This document shows, piece by piece, positions 32,066 through 43,348 of a DNA stretch of 64,000 nt. Every line of letters begins with the position of its first letter. Within the stretch, counting starts at the first letter, position 1. This DNA comes from an uncultured archaeon (GTDB taxonomy: Archaea > Asgardarchaeota > Lokiarchaeia > Sigyniarchaeales > SOKP01), in assembly GCA_964486045.1 (NCBI GenBank), contig CAZALK010000003.1, positions 192,001 to 256,000 on the forward strand, given 5' to 3'. A program made the translations under genes and the position numbers. Below the pieces are notes generated by a model that ran no database searches, was not told where the DNA came from, and saw only the letters and a program-made list of their open reading frames with translations.

Positions 32066-34180
32066 TTACATACTAAATGTGTTACAGAAGTGATTGAGAA
32101 CTATATTGTTATAATTGAACTGAGCGTAATATTTATAAGCATAATTTTACTAAAATCTTTTAGTAATAATTTTTATGGCAAAATAATAGATAAAATCCCC
32201 AAAAATATTGGAATTCTAAAAAGTTTTCGAATATATTTTGAAACCAAAATGTTTATAAAAAATTGATAGAAATCTAGGTGGTTGGATATAAAAAAGAGAA
32301 ATCTTAAAGCAATTTTCATGGTACTGTCGTTTTTTTTTATGAATCTGAGTACCATTCCTTATATTTACGCTGCACAGGAAGAGACGGCCTCATTCTCGTG
32401 GGCTGTAACTACATTCTCGACATCAATGTCAAAAGTCTGGGCTGGTGAACCAACGCTTCAAAACTTTACCGGATCATTTATAAACTTCTTCACTTACATC
32501 GATCATTATATAAACCATTCTGATAACACCTATATTGAAGAAAAGCGTAGCGTTGATTATAGCGCGAATTACACCTATTTCTATAACTACACAATGGACG
32601 GGAGCCTCGATACGATTATTGATATAACAGTTTATAGAGTAGATGTCGATTATGGAAGTAGCGCACAGCTAATTTGGATGGCTTTAAAGAAGGGATTTTA
32701 TGAGATCGATTTGTACAGGGAAAATTTTATCTATAATTATGAATATAATGAATCCAGCCATCAAACAGTAGATAAAGAAATAAAAAAATATGATCTGGAT
32801 ACATTAGAACTGCTGGATTCTTGGAATGTGACGGAAGAAATAAATAAAACAGTGAGTTTTTCATATGGACGTTCCCAACAATCAATAAATGACCGTAGAA
32901 TATTTAATGAGACGTTTACCAAACCCCTTTTTCTTACATTCCAGATATATGAGACTGAAAAAGGAGATAGAATTGCATGGGCAAGTACATTTTCGGAATT
33001 CTTGGTTTTTAAGGATAAAAATGGGGACGGGATATATTCCGTTGGCGAGTTCGATTCCACGCCAACGGGACCACTGAATATGCATTCTTCTTCTGAATAT
33101 GCAGGTAGTTTTATCCCGACAGCATATGAGCAGGGACTTTTTATGGAAAGCCAAATACATAACGAGACTACTACAATTAGTTTTCCTTCCGATAAGACTG
33201 TTGATCAAGTCGTATCTGGTATTGAGTTTACTCCACCGTCTTTGGATGGAAACGATACAGTCGTGTGGGATATCAACTATCGAGGCTTTCCTCTAAAGGT
33301 CCATATTGGCACTAATGACATCCCTTTTGAGCAGCATATCAACCCTGGGTCACTATATAATGACGTTCTCCCAAGTGATTATTCTTATGGATTTGATTAT
33401 AAAATAGGAGGGGGAAAAGCAGATCTGAGTTTAACTTTAGGGCTTCCCGCTTTAACTGATATTGATACTTACAATATACTAGAGACAGAGAATTATGGAT
33501 TGTCTCTCCCACGATATGACTATTTTATCTCCTCATTCGACATTAAGGAAAAGAACCCAAGAAAAGTGACCATGCCAGCTGAAAGTTTTGTTTTTGAATC
33601 AAATAACCAGACCGTAGCTGAGATAAATCTAATCAACCCCATTAAGGAAAATTATACTTTATATGATTACCCAAATATAGGAGATAATATATCTGTTGAA
33701 TCACGAGGAGCAAGTATTAATAATCTAATTATCGCTTCTAATAGTTTACAAGTGTGGGAACCGGAGGTATTATTTTTATATACTATTGAAGATCTTGTCA
33801 GTAATATTCCGGGGTTTACCGTGGTGGACGAGTTAGCTCATATACACACAGAAAATTATCCTGTGTGGGCGGGGAAAAAATTAGTACATGATCCCACTAA
33901 TACAATTTACTTTAAGAATATAACCATGCCGTTTCGAGTGGCGGCAGCGGGAATCATCTCAGGATATGATGTTGGTGTCATTTTTGGTTCATTGAGTCTA
34001 GTGGTTTTATTTATAACCATAAAACGGAAGAAATTAAAAAAAAAGTAGCCTTCTTTTTTTATAAATTCTATTTTCATTTTTTTTGTAAAAAGAAAGTTAT
34101 CTCCTTGCGATCAAGTTAGATTTTCTCTAACTTTCTAAAAAAATTAGCTATTTGAGAATAAATTTTTTCATTTTTATCAT
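32062..34180 (+). repeat. about 2.1 kb duplicated segment, copy 1
   Basis: Upstream region near-identical to 39151-39370, paralogous CDS, and similar downstream region (gctatttgagaataaat) at about 34150 and 41250. Confidence 0.9.
32288..34048 (+). CDS. secreted surface glycoprotein with Loki-CTERM-type anchor (paralog 1)
   Basis: Signal peptide, many NxS/T sequons, C-terminal ISGYD-TM-KRKK. Start is TTG 32282 or ATA 32288. Confidence 0.85.
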   Translation: MKKRNLKAIFMVLSFFFMNLSTIPYIYAAQEETASFSWAVTTFSTSMSKVWAGEPTLQNFTGSFINFFTYIDHYINHSDNTYIEEKRSVDYSANYTYFYNYTMDGSLDTIIDITVYRVDVDYGSSAQLIWMALKKGFYEIDLYRENFIYNYEYNESSHQTVDKEIKKYDLDTLELLDSWNVTEEINKTVSFSYGRSQQSINDRRIFNETFTKPLFLTFQIYETEKGDRIAWASTFSEFLVFKDKNGDGIYSVGEFDSTPTGPLNMHSSSEYAGSFIPTAYEQGLFMESQIHNETTTISFPSDKTVDQVVSGIEFTPPSLDGNDTVVWDINYRGFPLKVHIGTNDIPFEQHINPGSLYNDVLPSDYSYGFDYKIGGGKADLSLTLGLPALTDIDTYNILETENYGLSLPRYDYFISSFDIKEKNPRKVTMPAESFVFESNNQTVAEINLINPIKENYTLYDYPNIGDNISVESRGASINNLIIASNSLQVWEPEVLFLYTIEDLVSNIPGFTVVDELAHIHTENYPVWAGKKLVHDPTNTIYFKNITMPFRVAAAGIISGYDVGVIFGSLSLVVLFITIKRKKLKKK

Positions 34181-34234
34181 TATTTATTTTTCTCTCTATC
34201 ATAGTTGTTTTCATGTGTTATTTTTAGTTTTTCC

Positions 34235-34470
34235 TCTTATCCATCAATTAATTTAATTCAAACCTGACAATAACATTTACTATATTAGTGGACCATATTA
34301 AAAAAGACTGCTAAATCAAATTTATATTATATTAAGAAAATAGTTAATCAAAAAAAAGATTTGTAATTCAAGACAATAAGTTTTTCAAATATAGACTTAT
34401 TTATTATAATTTCACACCTTAGCTTTATTTTCAAAAGTTGAAATTAAATACAAATTTTAGACAGAAATAT
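34235..34470. repeat. dispersed non-coding element, copy 2 of 3 (orphan)
   Basis: Same blocks as 30345 and 36747. Confidence 0.8.
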
Positions 34471-34724
34471 ACTGTAATTTGAGTCTGTTCTAACTCGTAT
34501 CATATTTATCAATAATATTTTGAATTTTAGGACCTGAATTTCCTCAATATCAAACTTTTTAAGTCATTTCTGTAACGGTCCAAATGTAGTACCAACTTTA
34601 CCAATAGCAATTTGCTCTGTTTCTGCTGTCCGTAGTAGTGAATCGCTCCAAAATACACCTGTTATTTCGAATTCAAAATTTTCTAAAATGGCATGTTCGA
34701 TTGCTTTGTAATCGTATATATTCT

Positions 34725-35372
34725 TTATTTTAACATTTTTTTCTTTACAATATAAAGAATAGTTACGCCTGCAATAGCAGTTAATCCTATCAATATTGGA
34801 AGATCATATCCTGGAATTGATGAAGATGAAGCCGACCTACTTAGAACATGCACCGTAGTATTACCTGTTTCAGCCTCCCATTTAAACAGAACCCCATTAG
34901 CGTCATATGTTGAAGTATAGTGGAATGATTGAAAAATTTCGAACAACTTCATTCCAGAACTTGAGAAACCAGAGTTAGCTTCAGCAAATGCAGCGAGATA
35001 ATCACTAACGGGGGTAAGTACAAAGTAAAAAGGATCTGGCATATAGCCACTAGAAGGATCTCTATAAAGATTCGTCCAATACGAATCATCTGCGGTAGAA
35101 TTGAATGATTCACCTTCAGATATCCAATCCCAACTGTCATATTTTACCTCAAAATAATCTGATTCCCCCGTAATATCTGTAATATTAATTTTATGTTTAT
35201 CACCGAGACTAGATCCCATAAGCGACATTATATTCAATGTAACTGTATAAACAAACTCATCTCCCTCTTTTACTTTACAGGTATAAATTGTTTGTCCGAG
35301 TACATTTGTTAATATTGCTGAAAGTGATAGACTAAATAGAATCACAAAAATTAATTTTTCTTTTTTTTCCAT
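34725..35372 (-). CDS. small secreted protein with Loki-CTERM anchor
   Basis: Signal peptide, VKEGDEFVYTV, C-terminal IPGYD-TM-KKKMLK. Confidence 0.85.
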   Translation of the reverse strand: MEKKEKLIFVILFSLSLSAILTNVLGQTIYTCKVKEGDEFVYTVTLNIMSLMGSSLGDKHKINITDITGESDYFEVKYDSWDWISEGESFNSTADDSYWTNLYRDPSSGYMPDPFYFVLTPVSDYLAAFAEANSGFSSSGMKLFEIFQSFHYTSTYDANGVLFKWEAETGNTTVHVLSRSASSSSIPGYDLPILIGLTAIAGVTILYIVKKKMLK

Positions 35373-35586
35373 TTTAGATTTTCAACCTTATCTTTTTTTA
35401 ATAATTACATTATATATAGATTAATTATAAATAGCCACTTCTTTTAATCACGGTTCGACTTTTTTAACTACAATTTAAAATTTGTTTGAAATATTTTGAG
35501 TCTTGAAATTTAACAAAAAGTTCTTATTGAGTGATTTCTCAAGCGAATTTCTATATCTTATTTTTAATCTCTTTTTGACTCATTTA

Positions 35587-36693
35587 TTAGAGGTTTTTCA
35601 TAAATTGCACTTTTCGGGCAATTTTTGAACGTGAGAATTGAGTTATTAATTCAATCATTTTGTTCTTTTTTGATTCATCCAATTTTGATGCACGTATTAC
35701 TCCATCATTGATAGCTTTTGAAAAAATCTTTTCTCCTTTATCAGTTCGAGTAAGAACAGTAGTATATTTATCTGGAGAACTTAATCCCCCAAAAGAAATA
35801 TCAGCATATATGTTAGTGAAATCATCGCACGCTCGACATGCCGGCCTCATATAATTCTCTAATTGATTAAAAGGTATGTGAACTACTTTTTCCCCTGTCC
35901 CGTTATCTTTTAACCTAAAAATTAAATCTTCTTTTATATTTAATTTTTCAATATTTTCAAATGAAATATTAAAATCTGCTTCAAACTTTTCTATTTGCTT
36001 TTTATCAAACAGAAAATTCTCAAAACAAAATAAACCTAAGGAAATTTCGATGTGTTCTGAAGGGGTAACCGCTAAATCCTGCATACACCGAATAGTGTAT
36101 ATTTGGCAAGGTGTTCCCACCACAGCTAATTTCTTAAATTTATAATGATTTAATTTCTGAATTGAATTTGTATAGGTGGAATACCTTTGAATCTCATCTA
36201 AATGAGGAGACACATCAAGTTTGGCTCCAGAAGTTTTAATTAAATCATATTTACTATCTGCAAAATTAGCTTCTCTTGAAAATGGGGCATTAGTTTGTGC
36301 TACAATAGCACCGTCGATTAATTTCTTTTCTATCATATAATTAATTAATGAGTTTACAACCCCCCCATCGGTTCCATACTTTAGAAATTCTTCATCAGTG
36401 GCTTGACAAGAATAAATGCCTTTAAAATTTCCAAGCGGCATAGAATCATAGTTTTCAAACCCATATGTCTTATTAAGCTCATTATCTAAAATTTTTGTTT
36501 GGGGGCATATATAATAACAAATACTACATTCTTGGCACTGATCTTTATGGACATAAACGGGAGGAGAATATTGGTCTCTAAAAGCGATCACATTTTCAAA
36601 GTTTGCAGAGCAGAATGATGTACATCCGCCACACATTTGACAGATACCTTTCTCATGAACTTCTTTGATTAAATCTTTAAAAGACCGTACCAA
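35587..36693 (-). CDS. frhB: coenzyme F420 hydrogenase/dehydrogenase beta subunit (FrhB/FdhB family)
   Basis: Ferredoxin motifs, GTDGGVV, VVGTPCQ, GLFCFENF, CRACDDF...ADISFG. Confidence 0.9.
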   Translation of the reverse strand: MVRSFKDLIKEVHEKGICQMCGGCTSFCSANFENVIAFRDQYSPPVYVHKDQCQECSICYYICPQTKILDNELNKTYGFENYDSMPLGNFKGIYSCQATDEEFLKYGTDGGVVNSLINYMIEKKLIDGAIVAQTNAPFSREANFADSKYDLIKTSGAKLDVSPHLDEIQRYSTYTNSIQKLNHYKFKKLAVVGTPCQIYTIRCMQDLAVTPSEHIEISLGLFCFENFLFDKKQIEKFEADFNISFENIEKLNIKEDLIFRLKDNGTGEKVVHIPFNQLENYMRPACRACDDFTNIYADISFGGLSSPDKYTTVLTRTDKGEKIFSKAINDGVIRASKLDESKKNKMIELITQFSRSKIARKVQFMKNL

Positions 36694-36746
36694 CTCTCAA
36701 TCACAATTGCTATATTATATTGATATTTAATTTAATAGATATTTAA

Positions 36747-36960
36747 AATATAAATTCACTGATTTATTATATTAGTGGACCATATTAAAAAAGACTGCTA
36801 TATTATATTAAGAAAATAGTTAATCAAAAAAAAGATTTGCAATTTAAGATATTAAGAGTCTTAAAACAAACTTATTTGTCTTGATTTCAAAGTTTTAGCA
36901 GAATTTATTAGATTAGGTTTTAAATTTTTGTAAGTTCACAGGACAGTGTACTTATTCTGA
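36747..36960. repeat. dispersed non-coding element, copy 3 of 3
   Basis: Same blocks as copies 1 and 2; directly upstream of minus-strand frhB. Confidence 0.8.
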
Positions 36961-36979
36961 AATAAAAACATCTTGAATT

Positions 36980-37097
36980 AAAATATTTCGAAACATATCC
37001 TAAAAAGGCTAAAGCAATAAGTAGATCTAGAGAAATAGATGAACTTTCTAAGCAAGAGAAAGAAGAAATAATCAAATCTATAGGAATTGATATTTAA
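36980..37097 (+). pseudogene. C-terminal remnant of a GIY-YIG nuclease-like protein
   Basis: KYFETYPKKAKAISRSREIDELSKQEKEEII resembles the C-terminal half of small GIY-YIG proteins; no start codon. Confidence 0.4.
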
Positions 37098-37506
37098 ATT
37101 TACTTTTTAAGCTGATATATTAATTAGATGAAAAATAAGCAAGAGCAGGAATATTTATAATAAAAGCAGAAGTGTTTGAGGAAGCTGGGGAAAATATAGC
37201 AAAAATAAAAGAAATCCAATCTAAAAAGGATAATAACTAACTTACTATTTTTTTATTCTCTTATTTTTTAGATCGATATCTACAATAAATAAATCATTTT
37301 AGTTCAATTTTGACAACAAAATTTATTCCACCAGTACAACTATTCTTTAAATCTCTAACTATTGGTTTTAGTGAGGGGTTACTAGAATTCTGTATCACTG
37401 GCAAAAGTGATGAAAATCACAGATTTACACCAGTCCCTACATATAAATAACAAGATCGTCATTTTTGACCTAAATCAAAATTCAAGATCCAAATTTTTCT
37501 TTATAT

Positions 37507-38740
37507 ATGTTTGAATATACACTCTCTGAAAAAGCAAATTTTGGAGTGTTCTCATTCGAAATTTGGATTTTGAGAATTAATATTCGAAAGGTAAAAATCG
37601 TGTCTGAAAAAATAAATCTTGGAGTTAAAGTTCGTGGTTTCGAAGATCGTATGGTAACCGAGAATATCCCTCTCAAGTATTTTAAAAATAACTTTCTCAT
37701 CTCTGGGGGTGTTCGTAATGAAAGAACAGCATTATTGTCTCATGTTCTGAATCAATTTTACGCAGAATTTCCTGATATTGGTGTTCTTTTAATCCAATTA
37801 GGCTCAAATGAAGATACTTACCTCTACCATCTTGATAAGGTGTATGAATATGGCGATACTGAATTAGTTATTCCCTATTCTACAGGTCAACAGTTCAATG
37901 AGGTAATTAGGGAACGGTTTATGCGGTATTTGACTGCAATCTTTGGGTTTCATTATGAAATGAAGTTTGTAATCGCAAACCTGTCTCGACATTATAAAAG
38001 TGGAGGATTACCCAGCTCAATCGTGGATTTCTTAGAAGACTTGAAGGAGTACCTCATAAAAAATCATTATAGTGAAGATTTTACAAAGAGTAATGTAGCG
38101 AGTATTGAAAAAACAATTGAAATCTTTGAGGAAGATCCGGTTTTAGAAAGTACGGTCTCGATACCTCTAGAAGTCATTCCGGAATGGTTAAGTTTATGGG
38201 GTAAAGGGGAAAAGGTATGCATCGATTTAACCAACTGTAGCATCTATCATCAAAAGCTATTAGTTACCCTGATTACCCAAGCCATTAATATTTATATAGA
38301 TATCAATGATTCACATATTCCTACCGGGGATTGTAGTTATAGAGGACGCCGATAATGTTCTGGAGAAACCACCTCATGATGAGTATAGAAAGAATTATGA
38401 AGCCAATAAAGAACAAACTGTATTAAGTTTCCTTGTTGACAACAATATTCCTCGAAGAGATTATATAGAAGCTGGAAGAATTATGCATTTATGTCCTAGT
38501 AAGAGTATCAAATTTAAGAAATATCCGCTATTAACATATGAAAATGTATATAATTGGTATTGGGAAGAAAAACCTCCATGGTCCACGACAGATATTGCAG
38601 AGAAAATAGGGTGTAGTCAAGCTAATGTCTCGAAATTTATGAGAGAAAATATCATTCCTCGAAGAAACAATAAAGATGCTGCGTTAAATATTTTTGAATG
38701 TCCTTCTAAGAAAAAACATTATAAGTTATCCAATGAATAA
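37507..38740 (+). pseudogene. degenerate HerA/DUF87-like ATPase fragment frameshifted into an HTH-containing segment
   Basis: Eroded Walker A (LISGGVRNERT). The Walker B-like IVVIEDAD lies in the second, overlapping frame, followed by HTH WSTTDIAEKIGCSQANVSK. Confidence 0.5.
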
Positions 38741-38755
38741 AAGCAAAAGATATCA

Positions 38756-39046
38756 TTGAATATGAAAGATCAGATAAGTAATACACAAAGAATAATTTTA
38801 CAAGAATTGGGAAAAAATAAAAGTATGTTCATAGACGAACTAATAGAACATCCTAATTTCAAAGACTTAAGAAAAACGAGAGCATTAAGGGGCTCAATGT
38901 ATTGTATATTTAAAAGAAATTTAGTAAAGAGAATATTAGATTATAATCCAAAAAGTAGACCAAACTATCATAACCAATACAAGTATATGATAACAGCAAA
39001 AGGTGAAGAAATTTTATCTAAATCATTGAAAAAAATAAGCTCTTAA
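38756..39046 (+). CDS. winged-helix DNA-binding protein
   Basis: ISNTQRIILQEL...NLVKR...YMITAKGEEIL. Confidence 0.6.
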   Translation: MNMKDQISNTQRIILQELGKNKSMFIDELIEHPNFKDLRKTRALRGSMYCIFKRNLVKRILDYNPKSRPNYHNQYKYMITAKGEEILSKSLKKISS

Positions 39047-39150
39047 TAACCTCTCCTTAAATTTTCAATTATTCACACATTTAATCTTTTTTGATTATAT
39101 AAATGATATGTCCATGTTGTTTAATATAAATATTATACTAATATATGCAT

Positions 39151-41280
39151 TATCTTACACATTAAATGTGTTACAGAAGTGATTGAGAACTATATTATTA
39201 TAATTGAACTAAGCGTAATATTTATAAGCATAATTTTACTAAAATCTTTTAGTAAAAATTTTTATGGCAAAATAATAGATAAAATCCCCAAAAATATTAG
39301 AATTCTAAAAAGTTTTCAAATATATTTTGAAACCAAAAGGTTGTAAAAAATTGATAAAAATCTAGGTGGTAAAATATAAAAAAATATTATAAAACATCCC
39401 TTATTGTTTCGCTTCTTTTTATCTTAAACATAAGTGCTATCCCTTATATTAATGCTGCAAACGAAGAGTCTGCCTCGTTTTCGTGGGCTGAGACTACCTT
39501 CTCTACATCGCTGTCGAAAGTATGGAGTGGAGATCCAATATTCCAGAACTTTACAGGTTCATATTCAGACGTCTTTATAATTGAGGATCACTATATCAAT
39601 CATACTGACAACACATATATAGAGGAAAGGCGTATTATAGATTATAACGCGAATTATTCATATTATTATAACTATAGTCTAAAAGGAAACTTTGATTTAG
39701 ATATTGATATTACAGTTTATAGAGTAAATGTAGACTATGGGAGTAGCGCACAGTTAATTTGGATGGCTCTAAAAAAGGGGTTTTATGAATTAGATTTATA
39801 TAGAGAGACATTTGGATTCTATCAAGAGTATAATGAAACCAATCATCAAATAATTGATAAGGAGAAGAAAAAATATAATCTAGATACATTTGAGTTATTA
39901 GATGTGTGGAATGAGACTGAAATTGTCAATGAAGCAATGAACTTTTCATATGGTCAACCAGTTGAGGTAGTAGACGATCACCAAATCCTTAATGAGACAT
40001 TTACTAAACCATTCTTTCTTACTTTCCAAACTTATGAAACAGAAAAGAATGATAAAGTTGCATGGGCTAGTATTTTCTCAGAATTCTTAGTTTTCATAGA
40101 TAAGGACGGAGATGGAATATATTCAGTCGGTGATTTTGAAAGTCCTCCAATGTCTCAACTTAGTATTTATTCCTCGTCCGAATATGCCGGTAATTTTATA
40201 CCAGAAGTATTTGAGTATGGAGAATTTAGAGAGGGTTCAATCTTTAACATTACCAATACTGGTAGCTTTCCCTTCGATAAAACTGTCGATGAGATCGCGG
40301 CTGGCATTGTATTCACTCCACCTACGTTAGTGGGAAACGACACAGTTGTATGGGATATTAGCTATCGAGATTTTCCTATAAATGCCTTTATCGGTGAAAA
40401 AAGCATCCCATTTGCGCAAATGATTCGCCCTGGAGCAGATCCCTTGTATGCCGACCTTTCCCCAAGTGATTTCAACTATGGGTTCGACTATAAAATAGGG
40501 GGCGGGAAGGCAGATCTGAGCCTTACTTTAGGGCTTCCCGCACTAAGCGACCTCGACACTTATAATATCTTAGAACGACAAAATTACGGATTATCGATTC
40601 CACGGTATGACTATTTTCTCTCTTCATTTGAAATTAATGAAAGAAATCCAAAAGAAATTACTTTCCCATCAAATGGTTTTGTTTTTGAATCAAATAACCA
40701 GACAGTCGCTGAGATAAACTTGATTAATCCTATTAAGAAAAACTATACGTTATATGATTATCCAAATGTGGGAAACATTACATCAGTTGAATCCCAAGGA
40801 GCAAGTATTAATAATCTAGTAATGTCTCAAAGTAACCTACAGACTGGAGTTCCTGAAATTAACTTTCTTTATGCAATTGAGGAGATCGCTAATAATATCC
40901 CAGGATTTACCGTCGTAGATGATCTTTATCATGTGCATACAGAAAATTACCCTGTATGGGCAGGAAAGAAATTGATTCATGACCCAACAAATACGATTTT
41001 CTTTAAGAATATAACCATGCCGTTCAGAGCACCCTCAGCCAGCATCCCCGGATTTGAGACAGGTATCTTTTTTGGTTCATTAGGCTTAGTAGTTCTAGTC
41101 ATAACCTTGAAACTAAAGAAATCTAAGAAGAAATAATTGGTCTTAAATTTTATTTTTTTTCTAATTTTGTTTTTAAACCCGTCATGTACGGATCTATTTT
41201 TTCCCATCGATTTAGAGTTAAACTTTCTCGAACTTCCTAAAAAAGTCGGCTATTTGAGAATAAATCTTCTCATTTTTATC
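39151..41280 (+). repeat. about 2.1 kb duplicated segment, copy 2
   Basis: See copy 1. Confidence 0.9.
39376..41136 (+). CDS. secreted surface glycoprotein with Loki-CTERM anchor (paralog 2), probable ATA start
   Basis: Frame open from 39373 and collinear with paralog 1, including the signal peptide. No ATG/GTG/TTG until 39763. C-terminal IPGFE-TM-KLKK. Confidence 0.85.
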   Translation: MKKYYKTSLIVSLLFILNISAIPYINAANEESASFSWAETTFSTSLSKVWSGDPIFQNFTGSYSDVFIIEDHYINHTDNTYIEERRIIDYNANYSYYYNYSLKGNFDLDIDITVYRVNVDYGSSAQLIWMALKKGFYELDLYRETFGFYQEYNETNHQIIDKEKKKYNLDTFELLDVWNETEIVNEAMNFSYGQPVEVVDDHQILNETFTKPFFLTFQTYETEKNDKVAWASIFSEFLVFIDKDGDGIYSVGDFESPPMSQLSIYSSSEYAGNFIPEVFEYGEFREGSIFNITNTGSFPFDKTVDEIAAGIVFTPPTLVGNDTVVWDISYRDFPINAFIGEKSIPFAQMIRPGADPLYADLSPSDFNYGFDYKIGGGKADLSLTLGLPALSDLDTYNILERQNYGLSIPRYDYFLSSFEINERNPKEITFPSNGFVFESNNQTVAEINLINPIKKNYTLYDYPNVGNITSVESQGASINNLVMSQSNLQTGVPEINFLYAIEEIANNIPGFTVVDDLYHVHTENYPVWAGKKLIHDPTNTIFFKNITMPFRAPSASIPGFETGIFFGSLGLVVLVITLKLKKSKKK

Positions 41281-41408
41281 GTCGTTTAATTGTGTTAAAT
41301 AATCTATCAAATTATCTTTAACATTCAGAGCTTTTAATAATAAGGAGAGAAAACTGGTGAGTTCTTTATTGGTTTTTTCAGTAAAAGAATAGTGATATTT
41401 CCTTCCAC

Positions 41409-42080
41409 CTAAAGTTCCTGCTTTGGATATCTTTTCTCAATTACATGATCCAAGGTGTCTACAGTATTTATGTTTCCAATCGGAATATCAATTATTAAAT
41501 GTTTGCAGATTATATACAGTTTCTTCGCAATATAGATCATTGTCTCCCCTCTCCTCAATTTAACAACAATATATTCGTTTATCCTAAATGAAGCTCTTCT
41601 TACTCCTGAGAACAAGGATGGCATGGAAATAATTCCTCCAACAAATATAATTACCGTTCCAGGTCCCTGTTCGAACCCTTCTACAAAGAATATTAGGATA
41701 TAGATATAGCCGGCTAATCCTCCAAGCAAGAGGAGCGGACTGTTAGTTATCCATTTTAAATTGTTCCGTTTTTTGTTTTTTAGATCATATGAGAATATAA
41801 TAAGAAACACACAACACACGCAAATCAAAAGAGTGCTTACAATACCTAGGCTCACTATAAAAAGAAATAAAAAAATAAAGGTATGTCCATGCAGTATTTC
41901 CAGATATTCCACAATATTTGGTTTCACTTCACCAACCCCCAACATCCAGAAGTCTAACTTCCCATATAAACTTCCGGAGGGGAAACATAAACCCAATAAT
42001 GCCACCGCAGCCCCTAGTGCTGGAAAAATAAATTTGTATTTTATAGGTGTGAGATTTGTGTCTACTATCGAGCTCATCAA
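41409..42080 (-). CDS. membrane protein with truncated Loki 'FRINEY...CKHL' domain
   Basis: About four TM helices, then the start of the domain seen in 24826-25710. Confidence 0.55.
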   Translation of the reverse strand: MMSSIVDTNLTPIKYKFIFPALGAAVALLGLCFPSGSLYGKLDFWMLGVGEVKPNIVEYLEILHGHTFIFLFLFIVSLGIVSTLLICVCCVFLIIFSYDLKNKKRNNLKWITNSPLLLLGGLAGYIYILIFFVEGFEQGPGTVIIFVGGIISMPSLFSGVRRASFRINEYIVVKLRRGETMIYIAKKLYIICKHLIIDIPIGNINTVDTLDHVIEKRYPKQEL

Positions 42081-42260
42081 TATAAGTATTGTTTTTCATA
42101 TATTTAAGCTTTCAGATGGTGTATATCCCTTAATTGGATTTATCATTTGTAAGGAATAAATTTCAGCTCGTTGAAAAACACTGAATTTTGCACTTTCACA
42201 TAATTTTTCTTTTATATATGATTGTAAACAAAACAAAAATGATAGAGGTGATTTTTGGGA

Positions 42261-42860
42261 TTAGTCTTCCTTCATTTCCTTTGAGTCATCTTTGATAATA
42301 CTGCCCGGAATCCAAAATTTACCAGGCTTGAAAGTTCTCAATCTTTGTTTTCTAAATTCATCAGGAATCGTCATCCTTTTCATAACTTCTGAACTCAGGA
42401 TTCGAGCTCGATCAATTGGTTTTATCCACCTCATTGATTTCTCGAGTTTTGCAAACCTCTTCTGAAGTGGCTTTAGATTTTGGGCATTGATATAATCAAG
42501 AAATTGAACTAATTTACTTTCAAACCGTTTTACTAGTCCAGACTTGGTCTTTATGACAATTTTAGGATCCATTTTCTTGTGTATCATAGGGTAGACCAAA
42601 TCTCTCACGCTCCTTAACACCTCATAGACTTTACCCCTGATAATTGGTTCTTCAGCAAATTCCATCCAGAATCGGGGATCACCAAAAGACTCACAGAAGT
42701 CTATTCCATAAGGTAGTATCTCTATAAATTCACATATATCTTTCCAGATGAAAGTAAATGTAAATTCCTTGAAAAAGGAGAAATTACCAAAAAATCTAGG
42801 TACAATGGCAATGTTATCGGAGCATTCTGGAATATTTTGCAGAAAGCTCTGTCCGTACAA
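42261..42860 (-). CDS. hypothetical protein
   Basis: 199 aa ORF; start uncertain. Confidence 0.5.
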   Translation of the reverse strand: MYGQSFLQNIPECSDNIAIVPRFFGNFSFFKEFTFTFIWKDICEFIEILPYGIDFCESFGDPRFWMEFAEEPIIRGKVYEVLRSVRDLVYPMIHKKMDPKIVIKTKSGLVKRFESKLVQFLDYINAQNLKPLQKRFAKLEKSMRWIKPIDRARILSSEVMKRMTIPDEFRKQRLRTFKPGKFWIPGSIIKDDSKEMKED

Positions 42861-43064
42861 TCCCTGTGTAAATATACTCTGACTTGGTGTTAACCATAGA
42901 CATTGAACCTTTTCTCGTTTTAGTTTTTAATTTAGATTATCCTCTCCATGGTTTTTTCCATAGCGTTTTAGGATCTAACCCGTTTTTAAGCTGATTTTAG
43001 AGCCGAATATTATATTTTCGCTGAAATATTAAAAAAAGTAATAAAAGGTTATATTCGCATTAGG

Positions 43065-43301
43065 TTATTCCACAGAGCTGGGCACAGGGTCGGTGTATGT
43101 GGAATCACAGTGGGCACATACTTTATATCCTTTTGTAAAGTCCAACTCTTCTATTTTCCCACAGTATGGGCATTTTGGCATATTCCGTCTTTTTCGTTCC
43201 TTTCGTTTATTTAACCATTGATTTAGAAAGCGTTGAACAACGATTACAATAACTCCTGAAGTAATCCCTGAAATCATCCCTGTTATTATAGCTTCGAGCA
43301 T
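43065..43301 (-). CDS. small TM + zinc-ribbon protein
   Basis: N-terminal TM helix, CPYC...CAHC. Confidence 0.65.
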   Translation of the reverse strand: MLEAIITGMISGITSGVIVIVVQRFLNQWLNKRKERKRRNMPKCPYCGKIEELDFTKGYKVCAHCDSTYTDPVPSSVE

Positions 43302-43348
43302 AATAATTATCAAATTTCATTTCATACTAATAAGGTTAACTATTCATT

